64,000 nt of DNA, from contig OY759599.1 of the NCBI GenBank assembly GCA_963662465.1, forward strand, positions 864,001-928,000. Direction: 5' to 3'. Shown here piece by piece: positions 19,905-29,984 of this stretch. The translations under genes and the position numbers were made by a program. This DNA comes from Desulfatiglandales bacterium (GTDB lineage Bacteria; Desulfobacterota; DSM-4660; Desulfatiglandales; Desulfatiglandaceae). Positions within the stretch are counted from its first letter, which is position 1. Every line of letters begins with the position of its first letter. Below the pieces are notes generated by a model. The model was not told where the DNA came from, did no database searches, and saw only the letters and a list, made by a program, of their open reading frames with translations.

Positions 19905-20026
19905 GGGGAGTTTCCATGCTTGGAAACGAGATACATGGGGGCAAAAGTGTAAACTGGAAAATGAAGGATGCCGTATTTTTATTTGCCGGCCTCTTGGCAC
20001 CACAACGAACGTCTCCTTTTTTCCGC

Positions 20027-21530
20027 TTATCCCATTGGCAAAGCCAAATCCTTTGCTATGGTCAGGTAGAAGACCGTTTTTTTGCCGGGTTCCGAGCTGA
20101 CCCGAATTTCTCCCCCATGGCGGTGTGCCACCTCCCGGACGATGTTAAGGCCGAGTCCGGCGCCCTCAATCCCTCCGGAGCCGGCATTTCGCTCAAATAG
20201 CTCGAATATCTTTTCCTTATTTTCCGGTTTGATGCCTACGCCGTTATCTGTAACGGAAAGGATATGGAACTGCTCGGTAGAATCATACCCTATCCGGATT
20301 CGGCTTAAGTTGGCGCCACCATATTTCAGGGTATTATCCACCAGGTTGCGTAAAGCGCGGATAAACGACAATTGATCCGCATGAATTTCAACGGACATAC
20401 GGGGTTCAATCCATTCTATCTCCCTCACGCTGAGTCGGGTGGAAAATTCGTCTTTTATTATCCGTAACATCTTGTTGATGCTAATTTCCTCTATTGCCAA
20501 CGGTGCTTCTTTACTGACGATGTAATGGTTTATTTTTTCCACCAGCGTGGCAATATGCTCGCAGGCCTTGACAATTTGATCGCAGTAAGTTTGACCGTTT
20601 TCATCGACGATCTCACCATATTTTTTTTGCAGCAGTCTGGAGAGTCCGTGGATTGCGATGGCTGGGCTTTTGAGGTCATGCACGACGGAATAGGCAAATC
20701 GCTTGAGGTCTTCCGAACTCTTATATAAAGCTTTTTCCGCTTTCTTTCGTTCTTCGTTTTCCGTTTTCAGGTTTTCGTTGGCAAGTGCCAATTCGAAGGT
20801 ACGCTCCCGGACTCTTTGCTCCAATTCCTTTTTTGCCTTACGCAATGCTTCCTGAGTGTGTACCCGCTGAATAGCGGTTCCGAGTCCCATGGCCGCTGTT
20901 TCCAAAATCTCCACATCTTCCAGCGGGATCATATTTTCTCGCTGGTCGGCGACATGGATCAGACCTACAACCTGATTTTCGAGGCGGATCGGCAACAAGG
21001 CAATTGACTCATATCCAAAACGGTTGCACATGTTGCGGGTGGCGCCCTTTTGGTCTTCCGCCACGTTGGCGAGGAAGCGGCTGGTGCCGTTGATATAAAA
21101 TGAGCCGTACGGCGTGAAAAATTCTAAATCCGGATCGATATTCTGAGTAATTACATCGATACACATGCACTGGTCGGTCTTGATCGACAGCGGGCTCTCC
21201 AGTTCATAAAACTCACTGCTGAACCCATAATACGCCTGATAAGGGATATCGCCCTGTTCATTCAGAATACGAATTCCTGCTGCCGGGCAGCCTGTGAACT
21301 GTTTGATCTCTTCCAGAGACTCCCGCAGCAGCACCGGCATTTCATTGTTTCTGTTGCCGATCTCAAGAAAGCGATGCGACAGCTTCAAGGCCCGTTGATT
21401 GTGTGTGCGCTTGCTGATATCTCGGGTAATCCCCCGGTAGCCCAACAGCGCGTCATGCCCGTTAACAATCGGCACGGCATTGGTCTCCACAGTCACTTCA
21501 TGACCATCTTTATGAACAGCCACCACTGCC
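20027..21530 (-). pseudogene. PAS-GAF sensor histidine kinase, N-terminally truncated and chimeric
   Basis: HDLKSP H-box, NLVDN, DNGVGI, GAGLGL; the ORF 5' end is built from unrelated fragments. Confidence 0.75.
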
Positions 21531-21609
21531 GCGATTCCCCCGCCCATCTCAAGCACCCGGTTTACGGCGGCGGCCATGGCGTCCGGACTGCGGCCGATCA
21601 CAACGATTT

Positions 21610-22393
21610 CCGTTGAGGAGCTGGCCACGGTGAATGTGGAGCTGCAAAACAAGGTGGATGAATTTTCCAAGGCCAATGACGACATGCACAATCTTTTGGC
21701 CGCAACGGAAATCGTCTCCCTGTTTTTGGATACCGACCTTCACATTAAACGCTTCACCCCTGCCGCGGCCAACATCATCCGGTTGATTCATACGGACGTG
21801 GGCAGGTCCTTAAATGACCTTAAAACCTGTTTTCCTGCAGTCGATCTGGTCAGTCTGGGGGAAAAGGTGCTGAAAGATCTCAATATGGTGGAGATGGAAA
21901 TCTGTCAACGGATTTGACCTGGTATGCCTTGAAGATCCTGCCCTACCGAACTACCGGAAATGTCATCGACGGTGTGGTCATGACCTTCCTGGATATACAC
22001 ACCGTCAAGCAGGCGGATAAGGTCCGGCGCTTGGCCACTGTCCTGGAAGATGCCAATGACGCCATCACCGTGCTGAATAAGAAGGGCCGGATTCTGCCCT
22101 GGAACAAGGGGGCGCACGAGCTGTATGGATGGACCGAGCCGGAGGCCCTGCAAATGAATTATGCCGATCTTTTCCCAAAGGATCGTGAAAATGACTTTCA
22201 AGACATCATCCATGAATTGACGAAAAACAAAACCATCAAATCCTTCAAGACCCGGCGCATGACAAAAGACAGCAGCATTTTGAGCATCTGGCTGACCGCC
22301 AGCGCCTTGAGCGATGAAAACGGTGAGATGGTGGAGATAGCGATTACGGAACGGGATTTGGCGTGGCTGGTGGGAATGGAGGATCGTCACTGA
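21610..22393 (+). pseudogene. C-terminal PAS region of a CheB/CheR-type protein, frameshifted
   Basis: ELATVNVELQNKVDE...ANDDMHNLL...RFTP...GVVMTFLDI; frame break near 21910. Confidence 0.75.
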
Positions 22394-22394
22394 A

Positions 22395-22575
22395 GCGAAT
22401 CTTACCGCTGCCACTATATCCTTCCCCCACAAAAACCGCAGTTCTTAAGGTCAACAGAAACTTACGCCAATTATGGCGAGGGTTTTTCAGCAACTCATAG
22501 GCGACATTTTTCCTGAACGACAGACTAGCATTGGTGACTATCCCTCTGTAAGCAAACACGACATTTTTTCCGTCT
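22395..22575 (-). mobile_element. Transposase fragment (IS4-like)
   Basis: YRGIVTN...KNVAYELLKNPRHNWRKFLL resembles the N-terminus of IS4-type transposases. Confidence 0.45.
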
Positions 22576-22700
22576 TGATCCGCTTGTGAGCCTTTTTGTT
22601 AAAAGGTTGCCGGCAGCATTAAAATTGCTGAGAGCGAAAAACTTCCTTGACATCCCAATCGGACAGCTATATATTTCCTTAATTGCATATAGGCGCTCAA

Positions 22701-23043
22701 ATGAAAAAATTTATAGAAGTGATGAAAGCCCTTTCCGATCCCAACCGGGTCAGAATCTTGAAGATGCTACAGCACCGCCCCATGTGTGTGTGTGATTCAG
22801 GAAGGACTGGGAATTTCGTAGCCCACCGTGTCCAATCACCTGAAAAATCTCGAAAGGGCGGGTTTGGTTTCTTTTGAGAAAGACGGCCTATGGGTGGACT
22901 ATTTTCTCGCTGATGGAAGTGAAAGTCCATACGCTGGAGTCCTTCTTGGGAACCTGAGACACTGGCTTGAAGACGATGAGGCAGTTTCCCGACTCCTCAG
23001 AAAACTTCCTTCAATACGGAGAGAAAAAATCTGCAAAAAATGA
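22701..23043 (+). pseudogene. ArsR/SmtB regulator with frameshift and internal stop
   Basis: KALSDPNRVRILKML...MCVC, then a shift in the GT repeat, an in-frame TAG, and PTVSNHLKNLERAGLV. Confidence 0.8.
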
Positions 23044-23204
23044 TTTTTTTTGTGCATAACATATCGACATATAACTATGTATAGATTATTAGCGTGGCTA
23101 CTTGGCCGTAAGAATGAAACCTGTCGGTGAAAGGATTATAAACTGAATTTTTATCGCAAGATACGAAGAGAGCAAAGAAAACATAATCTTTTGGGTGAAT
23201 AAGG

Positions 23205-23717
23205 ATGGAGGCAGAAATGTCGCAGGAGGACATAGTTCAGATCAGGGTGGGCAATTGGCCTGTCGGCATTATGGGACTCAAGACTGTGATAGAAGATATG
23301 CTCGGAGAATACGTGGACAAGCCTGATCAGGAAGTTATGGAAGAACTTCTGAGGCGCCTGGGAAAAAGGAATTACATTCCGCAAACGGTACGAGAGAATT
23401 ATGGGACGGCCTTTCTGAGGGAATTTAAGAAATTTTCTGGGAAACCCGTGGAAGATGCGAAAGAACAGGGGCTGGTAATCAAAGTGCTGGGGCCGGGGTG
23501 TGCTCAGTGTGATCGACTGGAGCAGGAGCTCATGCAGGTCATGAGTGAAACCGGTATGATGGCCGATATAGAACATATTAGAGATATCAAGGAGATTGGT
23601 CGCCACGGCGTGATGGGATCGCCGGCCCTAATAATCAACGGTAAAGTCAAAGCGGTGGGAAAGGTTCCGCCGCGAACTCAACTAATTCAATGGCTTAAAG
23701 AAGCGGATGGCAGATGA
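23205..23717 (+). CDS. Thioredoxin-family protein with N-terminal helical domain
   Basis: IKVLGPGCAQC...GVMGSPALIING. Confidence 0.85.
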   Translation: MEAEMSQEDIVQIRVGNWPVGIMGLKTVIEDMLGEYVDKPDQEVMEELLRRLGKRNYIPQTVRENYGTAFLREFKKFSGKPVEDAKEQGLVIKVLGPGCAQCDRLEQELMQVMSETGMMADIEHIRDIKEIGRHGVMGSPALIINGKVKAVGKVPPRTQLIQWLKEADGR

Positions 23718-23751
23718 AAGATTAACAAAACAATGAGAAAGGATTTGCGAT

Positions 23752-23991
23752 ATGGAGATCAAGATTCTGGGACCTGGATGTCCCAAATGTGAGCAGACGG
23801 AAAAACTGGTGAAGGAAGCGGTTAAGGAGTCTGGTATGGAGGCCTCTGTGACCAAAGTCAAGGACATCATGGAAATTGCCAAGCAAGGAGTTTTTATGAC
23901 TCCCGCCGTTGTTGTGGACGGCGAAGTGAAGAGCGTGGGGAAGGTTCCTTCCAAAGAAGATATCAAGGGATGGATAACCAAAAAGATGTGA
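23752..23991 (+). CDS. Small redox-active disulfide protein (thioredoxin family)
   Basis: MEIKILGPGCPKC...TPAVVVDGEVK. Confidence 0.9.
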   Translation: MEIKILGPGCPKCEQTEKLVKEAVKESGMEASVTKVKDIMEIAKQGVFMTPAVVVDGEVKSVGKVPSKEDIKGWITKKM

Positions 23992-24032
23992 ACGAATATT
24001 TATCAGTGACTTTTTTTGGGGAGAGTGAAGAG

Positions 24033-24191
24033 ATGGCTGAAGAATGTTGTACGCCGGGAGGAAACGTCATGATCCTTATTATCCCGGTCCAGGTCTTCTA
24101 CAATGCCAAAGGGAAAGAGGTTTTCAGGCACAAAGGGTTCTATGCGGAAAAAGACGTCCTGAAACAGCTGAAAAAGATGGACGTTAGCTGA
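24033..24191 (+). pseudogene. Deletion fusion of a DGC-type protein N-terminus to a thioredoxin C-terminus
   Basis: MAEECCTPGGNVMIL joined to IIPVQVFYNAKGKEVFRHKGF. Confidence 0.55.
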
Positions 24192-24254
24192 TCTAATATC
24201 CATCATTACAATATATAGAGGACTGCAAAGCTTCGCATTGAAATACGGAGAACA

Positions 24255-24965
24255 TTGATGCTGGAATCGTTTTTTCTGACCGTCAACGAATGGATTGCAG
24301 GCGGCACGGCCATCGCCGCTGTGGGTTGTTTTATCTGGGGCATGATCAGCGTGGTGTTCAGCCCCTGTCACCTGGCTTCCATTCCTTTGATCGTCGCTTA
24401 TGTGGGCGGGCAGGAAGAGCTCTTGAAACCGAGACAGGCCGCATGGTATTCCGTGGCCTTTACCGTGGGGCTCTTTGTCACCATCTCACTCATCGGGATC
24501 ATCTGCGCGTTGTTAGGAAGAATGCTGGGGGACGTGGGCAACTACTGGCAGATCCTGATTGGTCTGGTCCTGGTTTGGGTGGCATTGGGTATGCTGGGTG
24601 TGGAAAAATGTTCCATGTCAGGAAACCTTCTTTCAAAGGTGAAAATTCGCGGCATGGGAGGGGCACTGGTTCTGGGTCTGGCCTACGGGGTCCTTTCCGG
24701 ATCCTGCACTTTCGGGTTTATAGCCCCCATTCTGGCTATTGTGACCGTGCAGGAAAAAGTGGTCACGGGGATTTTGTTCATTCTGCTGTTTGCCCTTGGC
24801 CACTGCCTTCCTATTGTGGTTGCGGGCAGTTCCACCGCAGCGGTAAAGCGCGTGATGGAAAGCAGCCGCTGGCAGGGGGCCGGCAACTGGTTTCGAAAAG
24901 GGGCCGGTGTGGTAATTGGATGCCTGGGTCTCTATTTTATTTTTAACCCGTTTTTTGTGGTGTAA
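24255..24965 (+). CDS. ccdA: Cytochrome c biogenesis / thiol-disulfide transporter CcdA
   Basis: FSPCHLASIP and SGSCTFG Cys motifs; six TM segments. Confidence 0.85.
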   Translation: MMLESFFLTVNEWIAGGTAIAAVGCFIWGMISVVFSPCHLASIPLIVAYVGGQEELLKPRQAAWYSVAFTVGLFVTISLIGIICALLGRMLGDVGNYWQILIGLVLVWVALGMLGVEKCSMSGNLLSKVKIRGMGGALVLGLAYGVLSGSCTFGFIAPILAIVTVQEKVVTGILFILLFALGHCLPIVVAGSSTAAVKRVMESSRWQGAGNWFRKGAGVVIGCLGLYFIFNPFFVV

Positions 24966-24991
24966 AACCCATTTCAAGGAGGTAAAGAATC

Positions 24992-25228
24992 ATGTCGGAC
25001 GCACGTTTATTGGCGGAATGGTTTCCGGAGTTTGCTGAACATCTGGACAAAATGGATGAAACCTACAAGGAAAAGCGGACCATAGATGAAAAACTCGCGT
25101 TCATGAAAGAAGCCGTGCCCTTGATGACGGAGATTTCCGGAAACGACCCGCGGAAGATGATGGCCGAAATAATACCCTTCTGCATGGACATGGATAAGAT
25201 GCCGGCCATGATGAAGGGCATGATATAG
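24992..25228 (+). pseudogene. Probable chimeric remnant (carboxymuconolactone decarboxylase-like N-terminus)
   Basis: Strong RBS; WFPEF...IDEK followed by an unrelated Met-rich tail. Confidence 0.4.
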
Positions 25229-25246
25229 TAACCGGAAGGGTTGAAT

Positions 25247-25627
25247 ATGTCGCAGCATGAAGATCATATATCTAAGAAACCGGCGGATCTATCACAATGT
25301 ACAAAATTTTTATTACTGAATGAAGAGAAAGGCTGAAAAGATGGATGAGCCATCCCTCAACCGGCAGTTGGCCGGCGCTTGCTGAAATTTCCTGATGATT
25401 CACAGATCGGTGTTATGGGTCTCGACGATATTATGGCTGAACTTTGCTCCGAAGACAGAAAGCCGACCGATGAGACCGCCGAAGAGATCATCAACAGGCT
25501 GGAAGAAAAAAAGAACTTTATTCCCTCGTCTGAACGTGTCCGTAGAGACTACGCTTATGTCCTGCTGAGGGAATACAGAAAGTACATGAAGGATCACCAC
25601 AAGTCGGGGGTGATTAGCGGGCAATGA
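25247..25627 (+). CDS. Candidate selenoprotein, 126 aa, with in-frame UGA at 25334 and 25346
   Basis: GGAAGG RBS, then ATG 25247, in frame with ORF 25379-25627; reads G-U-K-D-G-U-A; hairpin CCGGC-AGTTG-GCCGG just downstream. Confidence 0.6.
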
Positions 25628-25690
25628 AAATCCTGTATGTCTCAGGGAGTCCGAGAAAAGACAGCAATACGGACTTGGTTCTAACTTCGC
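25624..25690 (+). pseudogene. Flavodoxin/FMN reductase N-terminal remnant
   Basis: MKILYVSGSPRKDSNTD, then homology is lost. Confidence 0.6.
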
Positions 25691-25789
25691 CCACTTAGAC
25701 GGAGAAACGAAAAAAGTTTAATTTGAGAAAGTGCAGAACATTTTAAGTCGACGGGGAGTCTGCATGCATCTCAGGCCTGAAGGGCCGTT

Positions 25790-26330
25790 ACATGTTGACG
25801 AGATCGCTGTTCGTATAGTGGTTATAGCATCGGGGGATATCACTTTCTTGTGCTGAGGTGGTTAGCATGATTACGGGTATTCTCTTCAAGACGGGATGGT
25901 TTTTCACCTGTTTCAACACCTCTATGCCATCGATGCTCGGTAGTTTGATGTCGAGTAAAATCAGGCATTGCGAACCATATCTCTCTCTGTCCGAATACGT
26001 CCCACACGGTTGAACGGATAATCCAATGCTTCCTCGCCATTGATAACGACGTCAATTCGGTTCACGTTACCGGTCTTCGAAATTGTCCGTTTGGTCAGTT
26101 CTGCATGGGCTTCCTCGTTTTCCACAAGCAAGATCGTAGAGCAGCTTGAACCGTTCATGTATCACGCCTCTCGTCGTTAAGGGCGAAAAAAAAGGTGCTT
26201 CCTTTCCCTGACTCCGACGTCAACCAGACTCTCCCGCCATGATGTTCGATGATTCACTGTACGATGGTCAGGCCGATACCGGTGCCTTCCTTGACCTTCC
26301 CCGACCTTCACTGCCGACGGGAGCCTTTGA
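25790..26330 (-). pseudogene. Decayed histidine kinase C-terminus plus frameshifted receiver protein
   Basis: GTGIGLTIVQ*IIEHHGGRVW...GSTFFF; ILLVENE...NGEEALDY / LILLDIKLPSIDGIEVLK...IPVIMLTTS. Confidence 0.7.
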
Positions 26331-26459
26331 AAGATCTGGAGTACTCGTTCACGAAACCCACAGTATAGGATTTTTCATCTTACGAACCGGGAAATAAATA
26401 TTTTTCTTGACATGGCGGAAAAAATAGGTTTACATGCCAACCGTGCGGCAGGTAAGGTT

Positions 26460-27038
26460 ATGAATAGAGAAGATCGATTAGAAAAAATATACGAGAAGGC
26501 GCTCGAATTGTTCGTGGCCAATGGTTACGACCAGACCGCATTGTCCCAGATCGCAAAAGCCTTGGGTCTGACGAAAGCCGGCCTTTATCATTATTTCAGC
26601 AGCAAGGAAGATCTCCTGTTTTTTATTCATGAAGGACACATGAAGCGGGTTTTTATCCCCATTCTTGAAGCGGCTGAAAAAATCTCCGATCCTGAAGACC
26701 GGCTTGTATATTTTATTAAAAATTATACCCTGAAAGCCATGACCCGGGACGCTTCAGCCCGTGTACTCGTTCATGAAACCCACAATCTGAAAACGGAAAA
26801 CCGGAAAAAGATAAACGCTGTGTGGCGAAAAGGATTAGATCTCATCCGGGATAGCCTTTCCGAGATGGAAAGCCAGGGAAAGGTGTTGAATATCAACAAA
26901 ACTTTCGCCGCTTTTGCGTTGATCGGGATGTGCAGTTGGACGTTTTACTGGTTTGATTATGAGCAGCAAGCGTCCGGTGAGGAAGTTGCGGACACCTATG
27001 CAAGGATCTTTTTGAAAGGCGTCTTAAATACGCCTTAA
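26460..27038 (+). CDS. TetR-family regulator (copy 1)
   Basis: ALELF...GYDQT...IAKALGLTKAGLYHYFSSKEDLL; GMCSWTFYWF. Confidence 0.92.
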   Translation: MNREDRLEKIYEKALELFVANGYDQTALSQIAKALGLTKAGLYHYFSSKEDLLFFIHEGHMKRVFIPILEAAEKISDPEDRLVYFIKNYTLKAMTRDASARVLVHETHNLKTENRKKINAVWRKGLDLIRDSLSEMESQGKVLNINKTFAAFALIGMCSWTFYWFDYEQQASGEEVADTYARIFLKGVLNTP

Positions 27039-27081
27039 AAAAACAATGTCGAAAGAAAAGAAAAGTTTTTTTGACCGAAAA

Positions 27082-27099
27082 ACCGACCGTGCGGCCGGT
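27082..27099. promoter_or_regulatory. Candidate TetR operator ACCGACCG-TG-CGGCCGGT
   Basis: Near-palindrome; related copies at about 26436, 37713 and 38356, each just upstream of tetR or the ligase gene. Confidence 0.65.
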
Positions 27100-27119
27100 T
27101 GTGATTGGGGAGGGGAGGC

Positions 27120-28537
27120 ATGACAAAATTCATACTCAAGGAACTGTCCCGTTACGCCATCGGCACCTATGGCGACATCATTTATCGAAACGCATTGCTT
27201 TATCCTGAAAATACCGCCTTTAAGTGCGGAGCGGAAAGCCTCACCTTTTTTTAAGTTCAATGAGCGCGTCAACCGCCTGATTCATGCTTTAAAATCGCAT
27301 GGGGCCGAAAAAGGGGATGTGCTTGGGATTTTGGCCTGGAATTGTCTTGAGTTCACCCAGGTTTACGGGGCTGCCATGAAGGGCGGTTTTATCGCCTCGC
27401 CCCTGAATGCCCGGTTGCAGGCGGACGAACTGGACTATCTGATCAACTATTCCGAGACCCATACCCTCTTTGTGGGGCCGCAACTGGTGGATCTGGTAAA
27501 TGTTCTGCGGCCCAGAATTCCGATGGTCAAACACTTTGTTTCAATCGGATGTACCGCGCCGGGAATGATCCCCTATGAGGACTTCATTGCCGGCCATTCG
27601 GAAGCGGAACCGGATGTGCGGGTGGATGAAGATGATCCGGTTTTCACCTTTTATACCAGCGGCACTACGGGCGTTCCCCGGGGGGCGCTCTACACTCAGG
27701 GACGTGCCATTGACGACACAAGGCGGTTTCCGGCGGCCCTCTGTGTGGAGCAGGGGGATAAACAGGTTCAAATCATGCCGCTTTTTCATGTGGGCGGGGC
27801 CAAGAACCTGTGGGGGTATTTTTTTGTGGCGGCAACGAACATCATCATACCCCAAATATCATTTGATTCTGAAGCGACGCTTCAGATCATCCACGACGAG
27901 AAGGCCACCGACATTCACATCGTACCCACGCACCTGGGCATTTCTGGCGTTGCCCCAGGTAGACGACTATGAGCTGGGAAGCCTCAAACGCATGTTTTAC
28001 GCCGCCTCCCCCATGCGGATCGTTTTGGAATCGGGCGTTGATGCTGCTCCCGGCGAGGTGGGAGAGATCGTGGTCAAGAGTAAGGCCACCATGCTCAAGT
28101 GGTGGCGCAAACCTGAAGAGACGGCCCAAACCATTGTGGATGGATGGGTGCATACTGGCGATATGGGCGTCTACGATGAAAGCGGCTATATCTATATTGT
28201 AGACCGGAAAAAAGACATGATTGTATCAGGGGGTGAAAACATTTTTCCCCGGGAGGTGGAGGAGATTTTCTATCAGCATCCTGCCGTTCTGGAGGCGGCG
28301 GTGTTCGGAATCCCAGATCCCTACTGGGTGGAAAAAGTGCATGCGGTGGTGGTGCTGAAGGCCGATTATGATCCCACGGAACAGGAGATCATCGATTTCT
28401 GCAAGGAAAGGCTGGCGCGTTTCAAGGCGCCCAAGAGTCTTGAATTTGCATCGGATATCCCCAAAAATCCGGCCTGAAAAATCCTCAAGAAACAACTCAG
28501 GAGCAGATATTGGGAAGGCGTGGACCGGAAGATTTAA
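27120..28537 (+). pseudogene. Acyl-CoA synthetase pseudogene
   Basis: Frameshift in the T-run near 27250, a second shift near 27935, an internal deletion near 28015 that removes YGQTE, and a TGA at 28475 in PA(G)KILK. Confidence 0.85.
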
Positions 28538-28559
28538 AAACACAAAGGAGGGGTGGAAT

Positions 28560-29438
28560 ATGTCCATATGTTACAGGCGGTTGCCGAGATTTGACTATGT
28601 TAAACCCAAAGATGTTTCCGAAGCCTTGGAAATTATAAGGGGAAACAAGAATGGCAGGTTTAAGGTGTATGCAGGGGGAACGGATGTGATCCCCAAAATC
28701 AAGGGGAGGGTGATACCGGCACCGGAAGCGCTGGTGGATCTCAAGGGAATTCCGGAATTGGATTACATCTCCCACGATGAAAAGGATGGGTTGCGGATTG
28801 GGGCCCTGGCCAGCATCCATGATGTGGCCCACGACCCTGTCGTAAAAGAGAAATTCTCGATGTTGGCCCACGCTGCCGCAAGCATTGCCTCCATCCAGGT
28901 GCAGAACCGGGGCACCATTGCCGGCAACATCTGCAACGCCGTGCCATCGGCGGATTCAATCCCAGCGCTCCTTTGCCTGGGTGCTAAAGCGCTGTGCGAG
29001 GGAAGTCAGGGGGAGCGTGTTATTGACCTGGAAGCACTTTTTACGGGACCCAGCAGGACGGTTCTGGGTGAAGACGAATTGTTGAAAGAAATCCATATTC
29101 CCTCCATTACGGGCAAAGGCGTTTATCTTAAACTTTCCCCTCGAACCCGTATGGATCTGGCGGTGGTAGGCGTAGGGGTCTTCGCGGATGTGAAGGATGG
29201 CATATTCAAGGATGTTCGCATTGGTTTGGGGGCGGTTGCGCCCACGCCCATACGGGCGAAGAAATCCGAAAAACGGCTTATGGGGGAGCGTTTAAGCGAC
29301 CAGTTGATTGAGGAAGCCGCGGAAATGGCTGCTAAAGAGGCAACGCCCATCGACGATCATCGTGCCTCCGCCGAGTACCGTCGCATGATGGTGGCGGTTT
29401 TGGTGAAAAGAGCCATTGGACAGATCATATCCAATTAA
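28560..29438 (+). CDS. Xanthine dehydrogenase family FAD subunit (CoxM type, no 4Fe-4S insert)
   Basis: AGGTD, NRGTIAGNICNAVPSAD, GAVAPTP, DDHRASAEYRR. Confidence 0.9.
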   Translation: MSICYRRLPRFDYVKPKDVSEALEIIRGNKNGRFKVYAGGTDVIPKIKGRVIPAPEALVDLKGIPELDYISHDEKDGLRIGALASIHDVAHDPVVKEKFSMLAHAAASIASIQVQNRGTIAGNICNAVPSADSIPALLCLGAKALCEGSQGERVIDLEALFTGPSRTVLGEDELLKEIHIPSITGKGVYLKLSPRTRMDLAVVGVGVFADVKDGIFKDVRIGLGAVAPTPIRAKKSEKRLMGERLSDQLIEEAAEMAAKEATPIDDHRASAEYRRMMVAVLVKRAIGQIISN

Positions 29439-29501
29439 AGAACGGCAAAATGCCGGTTTTTAAGCGAAAGATCAAGGAGAGTGAAACAAGGAGAATGAAA
29501 C

Positions 29502-29981
29502 ATGGAGATGAAAGCCATTAAATTTGTCTTAAACGGAGAGACGCATGAATGTCTGGTTTCCCCTTGGCGGACCCTTTTGGAAATGATCCGGGAAGATTTT
29601 AAATTAACGGGCGCCAAGGAAGGTTGCGGTCAGGGTGAGTGCGGTTCCTGCACTGTGATCATGGGCGGCAAAAGCGTCAACAGTTGTCTCGTTCCCGCGG
29701 TTGAGGCGGATGGTCAGGAGATTATCACCATCGAGGGCCTTAAAAAAGGGGAAACCCTTCATCCCATCCAGGAAGCCTTTGTGGCCCATTCGGGGATGCA
29801 GTGCGGTTTTTGTACCTCTGGAATGATTATGTCCGCCAAGCATCTGCTGGATGGCAACCCTGATCCCACATTGGAGGAGATCCAGGAGGGCGTTTCCGGT
29901 AATTTTTGTCGTTGTACCGGATATACCAAAATTTTTGAATCCATCGGTGCGGCAGCAAAGGCCATGAAAGGGGGAGAATAA
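29502..29981 (+). CDS. Xanthine dehydrogenase family 2Fe-2S subunit
   Basis: GCGQGECGSC, QCGFC, CRCTGY. Confidence 0.92.
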   Translation: MEMKAIKFVLNGETHECLVSPWRTLLEMIREDFKLTGAKEGCGQGECGSCTVIMGGKSVNSCLVPAVEADGQEIITIEGLKKGETLHPIQEAFVAHSGMQCGFCTSGMIMSAKHLLDGNPDPTLEEIQEGVSGNFCRCTGYTKIFESIGAAAKAMKGGE

Positions 29982-29984
29982 AAA

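Noticed and set aside
22783..22795. GT dinucleotide run in arsR as a phase-variation switch
   Set aside because: The run simply encodes MCVC, and a TAG follows in the restored frame, so this is ordinary decay.
28475..28477. In-frame TGA in the ligase as selenocysteine or read-through
   Set aside because: It replaces the conserved Gly of GKILK in a gene with several other lesions, so it is best read as a nonsense mutation.
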